Assembly: GCA_963836235.1 (NCBI GenBank)
Contig: CAWIIP010000004.1
Span: 512,001-576,000, forward strand
Length of the DNA stretch: 64,000 nt
Direction: 5' to 3'
Source of the DNA: an uncultured Pseudomonadota bacterium
GTDB taxonomy: Bacteria; Oederibacteriota; Muellerivitia; Muellerivitales; Muellerivitaceae
How positions within the stretch are numbered: position 1 is the stretch's first letter; each line of letters starts with the position of its first letter. A program made the position numbers and the translations under genes. The notes under the pieces were generated by a model, which was not told the DNA's origin, searched no databases, and was given only the letters and a program-made list of their open reading frames with translations. Below are positions 58,801-64,000 of this stretch, piece after piece.

Positions 58801-61800
58801 TACGGTGATAGGCCCTACGGCGACACCGACGTTTACGGCGACGAACACGGCGACGGCCACGGCGACCGACACAGCCACAAATACGCCAACGAATACGGCG
58901 ACCTATACGACGACGGATACGCCTACGGATACGGCTACCTATACAACCACAGGTACGGCGACATTGACTGATACCTTAACTCCCACAGATACGCCGACTT
59001 TGACCACGACTTTGACGCCGACGGCGACACCGCAATCGAAGCTGGTGCTTTCGTGGAATAACGAACCGGCATCACAGAGCTATTTTTACAACCAGGCGAA
59101 TGTGACGGGAATCCAGGTAGTGCTAAAGGCGCTTGGACAGGAGCCGGTGTCGGTGAACCAACTGGCTTTTGGGTTGGGAGGAACGCTTTTGAGCGGGGAG
59201 GTAGTGGGTGGAAGCGTGGAATTGTATCCGGATTCAGGGGCGAATGAGGTAGGTGGGGTTTATAACGGAACTGCTAGTCCGACGCCAGTGGCGACGGGAA
59301 GCTTTGTTGGCGGAACGGTTACTTTTGCGGGATTGACGAATTTAAAGGTGAATCCGTCGGGTGCGCCTCAAACCCTGCTGTTGGTGTTTAGCCTCCAAGC
59401 CAACGGCGGGGAGACTTTTTACAATACGATTAGCGGCTCCTCAATTACGGCGGTGGGTGCGAATACGGGGCTACCGGTATCGGTTTTCGGAACACTGATC
59501 AATGGGAATACGCATACGGTGATAGGCCCTACGGCGACACCGACGTTTACGGCGACGAATACGGCGACAAATACGGCCACCAGCACTACCACGGATACGT
59601 CAACGAATACGGCGACATTTACGATGACGAACACACCTACGGAAACAGACTCCTACACGCCCACAAACACCGCGAGTGATACCGCCACCGCCACTCCGAC
59701 TGCCACCTATACAACGCCGGATGTACATGTTGGTTTATTTGGCACATTAGGCCCATTAATCCAAATACCCGGAGCTTTCAACATTGCGGACTTGGAAGTA
59801 CTGGTCAGCAATAATAGTACCGAGCCGATAAGCTTGGTCGACATAGTGTTTTCGGCGAATGGACCCGGAAACGCGGGGATAACGCTGGTGAGTTTGTACA
59901 GGGGAGCCGGTGTTGCTGCGGGAAACCTTGCCCAAAGCGGCCCTTATAACGCTAGCAATGTGGTGACATTGGGTGCTCCGCTTCTGGACGAAATTCCAGC
60001 CGGTCAGGCTCAAACCTATACGGCTGCTTTTGACTTTTCGAATACGGCTCCGACAGGGGACTATGCGGCGGTTTTGACAAACTTGCAAGGAGCGGGCGTG
60101 TCATCTACCTTTCCACTTGTAGTTTCAGGACAGCCAGTTACTGGTGTGACGATCACCATCGCTACTCCGACTTTTACCCCGACCAATACGGCCACTAATA
60201 CCGCTACTAATACACCGACCAATACGGCGACGGTCACTGCGACCAAAACGGCAACGAATACCGCAACGAATACGGCAACGAATACAGCGACTAATACGGC
60301 AACGAATACCGCGACTAATACGGCCACAAGTACTGCGACCAACACGGCTACGAATACACCCACAAAAACGACTACCAATACCGCCACGAATACAGCGACT
60401 AATACCACGACGAAAACAACGACGAATACGGCTACGAATACCACCACGTATACCCCGACGAATACAGCTACCAATACTGCGACCTATACGGCCACGAATA
60501 CAACGACGAACACGCCTACGAATACGGCGACCTATACTGAGACCAATACGCCCACAAATACTACGACCGCCACAGCCACGAATACGGCGACAAATACAAC
60601 GACTAGTACGGTGACGAATACGACTACTGTTACCCCGACCAACACGGCCACAGACACAGCGACCAATACGGCTACCAGCACAGCTACTGCCACAACCACA
60701 CAAACTACCACTAGTACGGCTACGAACACGCCTACGGCGACTGACACGCCCTGGCCCGCGTCCCGTTTGGCTTTTGTTTCCACGCCCGTTCCTACGTTTA
60801 TTGCCGGAATCAGTTCCGGCCCGATGACGGTTGAAATCCAGAACAGTTCTGGTGCGGGGGCCACATTAAATGCCCCCATGACGATTAACTTGTCCTCCAA
60901 TTCGACGGGCGAGAACCTGTTTTCACAAACATTGGGCGGCAATCCGGATGGCAACTTTGTAGTCCAGCCCTTCTCAACTCCAGTGATCAGTTTCTATTAC
61001 CTGGATTACAAAGCTGGAAATTGGACTGCCACGGCATCGAGTCCTTCCGGTATCACTCCGTCCACTCTTTCGATGCCCGTGTCTACGGGGGCGCTATCCC
61101 AATTGCAAGTGCTGTTGCCGGGGGAAACCGCCTATCCCGGCTGGCCCACACCCGATCCATTGGGAAAAACAGGCGCTCCCAGCATTCAAACTTCAGGGAA
61201 TCCTTTCCCGGTGGTGGTGAACGCAGTGGATGCCTATTTCAATGTCATTTCGATTTCCAACCAGATTGCCTTGACGTCTACAGGCGCCCTATCCCAGGGA
61301 TCTTTTACATTGGCGGCCGGTACCTGGCCTGAGCCAGTGACTCTTTTCTCGCCTTTAAGTCAAACCTTACAGGCTACTGACTTGTCGGTTAGTGGCATTA
61401 CGGGTATTAGTTCACCAGTTTCTCTACTGCCTGGTTCCCGAAGCAATTTCTTGAACGTGGTCCATCTTTCGCCGACCCTCTCGACTGCCGTCTTGGGACA
61501 AGCCGGGGTCAACCTTTTGGTACTTCAATTCACCCCTAATGGGACGGATGAGGTGGAGCTTACGAATTTACAACTTCACGCAAAAGACGGTAACGGTACC
61601 GACATCCCAATTAATAGCGCCTTCCAGGATCTATCGATGGTCGGCAAGAACGCCAGTGGAGTAACCGTTTATTCCCAAGCGGTGTCCTCGGTTAATTTAG
61701 CCACCGTCACTTTGGGACCAATTCCTCCCGGGACTTTTATGAGCTCTTTTACCAGTCCTCCTGGCAGCCTGTCTGTGACGGTGGAAGCGAATATTTCCTC

Positions 61801-62245
61801 TTCTGCTAGCGCAAAAGACATCCAAATTTTTGTGGATAACGCGGGGTCCATTTCCGATCTGGATACCTATCCCCCCACCTTCTCGCTTCCAGTATCCGCC
61901 CAAGGCGACCCAACCGGGTTTCCCATGTCCTCCAATCTTTTGTTGATCCGCTCTGCCGACGTGGCAAGCACCTATGGCAATTATCCGAATCCATTCCACC
62001 CTGAGACCGGAAATACTACCATCGAGTTCAACTTGGCGACCCCTTCGATTTATTCCCTGGTCATTTATGATGTTCTTGGAAGGAAAGTAAAATCCTTTGA
62101 AACGAACACGCCTCAGTCAGGGCTTCAACAATTATCATGGAATGGGAAGAATGACGCCGGAACACCTGTCCTGAGCGGTGTTTACTACGCTCAATTGAAC
62201 ACGGGTGGGAGTAAATATCTCCTAAAAATAGCGGTGGTGTATTGA
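55871..62245 (+). CDS. Large secreted Thr-rich repetitive surface protein with FlgD-Ig/T9SS-type C-terminal domain
   Basis: Sec signal (VQA-Q), beta-rich domains separated by TNTATNT/TPT linkers, C-terminal NYPNPF...IYDVLGRKV...WNGKN...SGVYY...K. Confidence 0.9.
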   Translation: MMKSFKILFLASFIVSSAFQASEVQAQCGISYDNNEAVTFLTGTTATFPVTVGNLGNRLLLLQVSTNNSPNAVNATTTTSSRTASLTSIVTNSVFGRTLESLYLLNPDSGPNTITLTLTNSSFIAAATSFAGVSQTAPAPWNTNFSRQSTATQDFSISLDTTTPDSWIVDQFLWNNATIGISALGAAQIQMWNSPFITPNISAEGDYLPTSSPGLTALSYSLTAATSGDLQAVEILPFVCTPTPTNTSTDTSTNSPTDTPSSTATLTTTDTTTYTATDTATLTDTLTPTDTPTLTPTFTTTCTTTDTATNTPTSTATLTPTNTPVNPPVNIILAATPVNQTVIPGIEGVTVIQLQVTNNSMTEGVSFLSIVLGGTNPNDSTEIAQVNLYDETGLVTSGTFKTAGAVTLGLAPLETLGMSGSASASQTFVVTYDFSNAQFAGTYGLTLGSGSLTGTGASTGKPIAVSGLPLGGAQITIELPTSTPTNTATSTTTDTPTNTPTLTNTATFTPTFTATNTATATATDTATNTPTNTATYTTTDTPTDTATYTTTGTATLTDTLTPTDTPTLTTTLTPTATPQSKLVLSWNNEPASQSYFYNQANVTGIQVVLKALGQEPVSVNQLAFGLGGTLLSGEVVGGSVELYPDSGANEVGGVYNGTASPTPVATGSFVGGTVTFAGLTNLKVNPSGAPQTLLLVFSLQANGGETFYNTISGSSITAVGANTGLPVSVFGTLINGNTHTVIGPTATPTFTATNTATATATDTATNTPTNTATYTTTDTPTDTATYTTTGTATLTDTLTPTDTPTLTTTLTPTATPQSKLVLSWNNEPASQSYFYNQANVTGIQVVLKALGQEPVSVNQLAFGLGGTLLSGEVVGGSVELYPDSGANEVGGVYNGTASPTPVATGSFVGGTVTFAGLTNLKVNPSGAPQTLLLVFSLQANGGETFYNTISGSSITAVGANTGLPVSVFGTLINGNTHTVIGPTATPTFTATNTATATATDTATNTPTNTATYTTTDTPTDTATYTTTGTATLTDTLTPTDTPTLTTTLTPTATPQSKLVLSWNNEPASQSYFYNQANVTGIQVVLKALGQEPVSVNQLAFGLGGTLLSGEVVGGSVELYPDSGANEVGGVYNGTASPTPVATGSFVGGTVTFAGLTNLKVNPSGAPQTLLLVFSLQANGGETFYNTISGSSITAVGANTGLPVSVFGTLINGNTHTVIGPTATPTFTATNTATNTATSTTTDTSTNTATFTMTNTPTETDSYTPTNTASDTATATPTATYTTPDVHVGLFGTLGPLIQIPGAFNIADLEVLVSNNSTEPISLVDIVFSANGPGNAGITLVSLYRGAGVAAGNLAQSGPYNASNVVTLGAPLLDEIPAGQAQTYTAAFDFSNTAPTGDYAAVLTNLQGAGVSSTFPLVVSGQPVTGVTITIATPTFTPTNTATNTATNTPTNTATVTATKTATNTATNTATNTATNTATNTATNTATSTATNTATNTPTKTTTNTATNTATNTTTKTTTNTATNTTTYTPTNTATNTATYTATNTTTNTPTNTATYTETNTPTNTTTATATNTATNTTTSTVTNTTTVTPTNTATDTATNTATSTATATTTQTTTSTATNTPTATDTPWPASRLAFVSTPVPTFIAGISSGPMTVEIQNSSGAGATLNAPMTINLSSNSTGENLFSQTLGGNPDGNFVVQPFSTPVISFYYLDYKAGNWTATASSPSGITPSTLSMPVSTGALSQLQVLLPGETAYPGWPTPDPLGKTGAPSIQTSGNPFPVVVNAVDAYFNVISISNQIALTSTGALSQGSFTLAAGTWPEPVTLFSPLSQTLQATDLSVSGITGISSPVSLLPGSRSNFLNVVHLSPTLSTAVLGQAGVNLLVLQFTPNGTDEVELTNLQLHAKDGNGTDIPINSAFQDLSMVGKNASGVTVYSQAVSSVNLATVTLGPIPPGTFMSSFTSPPGSLSVTVEANISSSASAKDIQIFVDNAGSISDLDTYPPTFSLPVSAQGDPTGFPMSSNLLLIRSADVASTYGNYPNPFHPETGNTTIEFNLATPSIYSLVIYDVLGRKVKSFETNTPQSGLQQLSWNGKNDAGTPVLSGVYYAQLNTGGSKYLLKIAVVY
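57395..59568 (+). repeat. Three near-identical 714-bp (238-aa) tandem repeats plus a ~32-bp partial copy
   Basis: ATCGAAGCTGGTGCTTTCG recurs at 57607, 58321 and 59035; units start at 57395, 58109 and 58823. Confidence 0.95.
60160..60750 (+). repeat. Low-complexity Thr-Asn-Thr-Ala coding repeat
   Basis: About 190 codons of degenerate 12-bp units encoding TNTA/TNTP with varied synonymous codons. Confidence 0.85.
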
Positions 62246-63933
62246 TGATTCACGGTTACCTCACAGCCCCAACGGATATTCGGCCCAAGGCATTCCGAGG
62301 AGGTCTCGGGATCTTATTTTTAGGAATAGCCACGTTCGCAATGGTTTCATTAGCCGGGGCTCAAGTCTTGAGTACGGGGGGGACCGAATCCCCATTTGAG
62401 TTGGGGGGATCGGCTTGGTCCCTGGGGATGGGCGGGGCTGTGGCGGCGGTCTCGGGTTATGGGGACAGTTTTTTTGAGAATCCGGCAGCCTTAGCAACGG
62501 TTCAGGAACATGAAATTCTCACCTTTCACGCTCCTTTATTCCTCGATACTCTTTATGATTCCGTCGGTTATATCCATCCTATCGGAGCGAACAATAGCTT
62601 CGGTCTGGCTGTAACCCGATTGGGGACTTCGGGAATCTTTCAAACTCAAAATAACATTGAAGCCATTTCCACCTTTTCTTCCGAGGAGTATGAAGGGCTT
62701 TTGAGTTATGGGTTTCGCCTTTGGCCTGATTTGGATTTGGGGGCTTCGGTAAAATACATCTTTGAGCAATTATTGACTTATCAGGGAAGCGGCGCGGGGT
62801 TGGATTTGGGTCTTCTTTACCATTTTTCAAGAAGCCACGCGGATTTTAACCAGGTTGGATTCCGGAATATCACTCTGGGGTTCTCGGTTTCCAATGTTCT
62901 CCAACCGCAAACCAAACTTTTCCAGGTCGCGGATAACCCGGCTCGTGTTTTTCGCCCCGCCTTTTCTTACTATTATCAATTCCCGGGATCCCGAAACGAT
63001 TTTTGGGTGATGGCGGAAGGTGAATTTCCCTATAGCGGTGAAAAGCTCGTTAAGGCGGGTCTTCAATATGGGTGGAACAATACCGTTTTCGTCCGGACCG
63101 GATTTGACGGGACGGGACCCACGGCAGGCGCAGGGATAAAGCTTTATGATTTCGAGTTCGATTACGCCTACGACCAGCAGGATTTGGGGGCTTTGAACCA
63201 GTTTTCGCTGACTTACCGATTCGGGCGTTATGTAGACCCGCTTCAGGCTCAAAAAATTGATCTCTTGAAATGGGTAGCCCAAAGCTATTCCAAGGACAAC
63301 GATTTTGATCCAGCCATCAAAGCTTGGCAAAATGTATTGAGGGAATTTCCGGACGACACGGAAGCTCCGCAGGCCATCAAGGATCTTCAGCACCAGCGTA
63401 AAAATCTGGTTCAGGACCAGCTTCAGATGGCGCGGTCGGCCATGAGCCGGGGAGATTATGAGAAGGCATTGCCCTTGATCGCCAAGGTTTTGAGCTTGGA
63501 TCCCGGTAATCCGGATGCCAAGAAGCTCTTAAGCCAAATTGATAAAAAGACCTTGGTTTCCACCAATTATACACGCGGGGTGGAAGCTTACAGCCGTGAG
63601 GATTACGGACTGGCGATTCAATATTTGGAAATGGTCTACGAAGTGGATTCCCATTACCGGGATGTCAATTATCTTTACCACGACGCGCAAAGCCATTATC
63701 TTCCCTTGGAATCCATGCCCAAGGAATTAACCGAGCTTTATGCCCAGGGAGTGAATTACTATATGGGCGGAGATTATCGGAAAGCCATCGATGCTTGGGA
63801 ACAAGTGCTGAACAAGAGTCCTAAAAACTTCCTCGTTCGTCGCAATATTGAGGATGCCAGAAGACGTGTGAATGATAAGGCTGTTCCGGAAGATACTTCT
63901 ACTGAAAATCAGGAGCTTAAAAACAAACCATGA
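62245..63933 (+). CDS. PorV-like beta-barrel fused to C-terminal TPR repeats
   Basis: PFELGGSAWSLGMGGA...FENPAAL, barrel end NQFSLTYRF, then TPR-like helices (AWQNVL, VLSLDPGN, AWEQVLNKSP); start 62242 or 62245. Confidence 0.78.
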   Translation: MIHGYLTAPTDIRPKAFRGGLGILFLGIATFAMVSLAGAQVLSTGGTESPFELGGSAWSLGMGGAVAAVSGYGDSFFENPAALATVQEHEILTFHAPLFLDTLYDSVGYIHPIGANNSFGLAVTRLGTSGIFQTQNNIEAISTFSSEEYEGLLSYGFRLWPDLDLGASVKYIFEQLLTYQGSGAGLDLGLLYHFSRSHADFNQVGFRNITLGFSVSNVLQPQTKLFQVADNPARVFRPAFSYYYQFPGSRNDFWVMAEGEFPYSGEKLVKAGLQYGWNNTVFVRTGFDGTGPTAGAGIKLYDFEFDYAYDQQDLGALNQFSLTYRFGRYVDPLQAQKIDLLKWVAQSYSKDNDFDPAIKAWQNVLREFPDDTEAPQAIKDLQHQRKNLVQDQLQMARSAMSRGDYEKALPLIAKVLSLDPGNPDAKKLLSQIDKKTLVSTNYTRGVEAYSREDYGLAIQYLEMVYEVDSHYRDVNYLYHDAQSHYLPLESMPKELTELYAQGVNYYMGGDYRKAIDAWEQVLNKSPKNFLVRRNIEDARRRVNDKAVPEDTSTENQELKNKP

Positions 63934-64000
63934 ACTTGTCCCCCCTCCTTTACCGTATTCTTTCCCGCCTTCCCTTTGAGCCTAGACGAAGGCTTTACCG
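63930..64000 (+). CDS. 5' end (partial) of next gene, unknown function
   Basis: ATGA overlap; frame is open to the window end (MNLSPLLYRILSRLPFEPRRRLY). Confidence 0.5.
   Translation, partial: MNLSPLLYRILSRLPFEPRRRLY

Noticed and set aside
57395-59568. Repeat array as a CRISPR array or DGR template/variable repeat
   Set aside because: In-frame 714-bp coding units with no spacers, no adenine-specific differences, and no cas or reverse transcriptase gene in the window.

Overview
Bacterial chromosomal window, almost entirely + strand, from a diderm organism (it encodes a secretin and PorV-like barrels). The Thr-rich proteins with FlgD/T9SS-like C-termini, together with a CIRCE box and a sigma54-like promoter, suggest a poorly characterised non-Bacteroidota lineage such as FCPU426 or Goldbacteria; this is inference only. 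In order: (1) a surface-glycan locus (DegT-type aminotransferase tail, two RfbE-like epimerases, GT2, rmlBACD) interrupted by three tandem PIN-toxin TA modules, each with its own palindromic operator; (2) pyrD, rlpA, pyrF, pyrE, membrane and coiled-coil proteins, an unannotated small lipoprotein behind a sigma54-like promoter, and an NFACT/RqcH gene; (3) a beta-oxidation operon with patatin, then hup and CIRCE-groES-groEL; (4) a ~15 kb block in which a two-domain multicopper oxidase and two phosphoesterase (AcpA/PLC) paralogs lie divergent from an 11-gene T2SS-like operon with a lipoprotein TPR-secretin-cohesin protein; (5) an FmdB-like gene and a DUF58-batABCD-moxR cluster; (6) yicC-gmk-rpoZ-coaBC; (7) two tightly coupled pairs of CTD-bearing secreted protein plus PorV-like barrel (an S8 protease, and a 2124-aa Thr-rich protein with three near-identical 714-bp repeats) flanking a uracil-DNA glycosylase. 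The best candidates for undescribed systems are the cargo/PorV-like pairs and the T2SS-phosphoesterase-oxidase block. No tRNA, rRNA, CRISPR array, integrase or transposase was recognised. All calls come from motif reading by eye; no database search was run.
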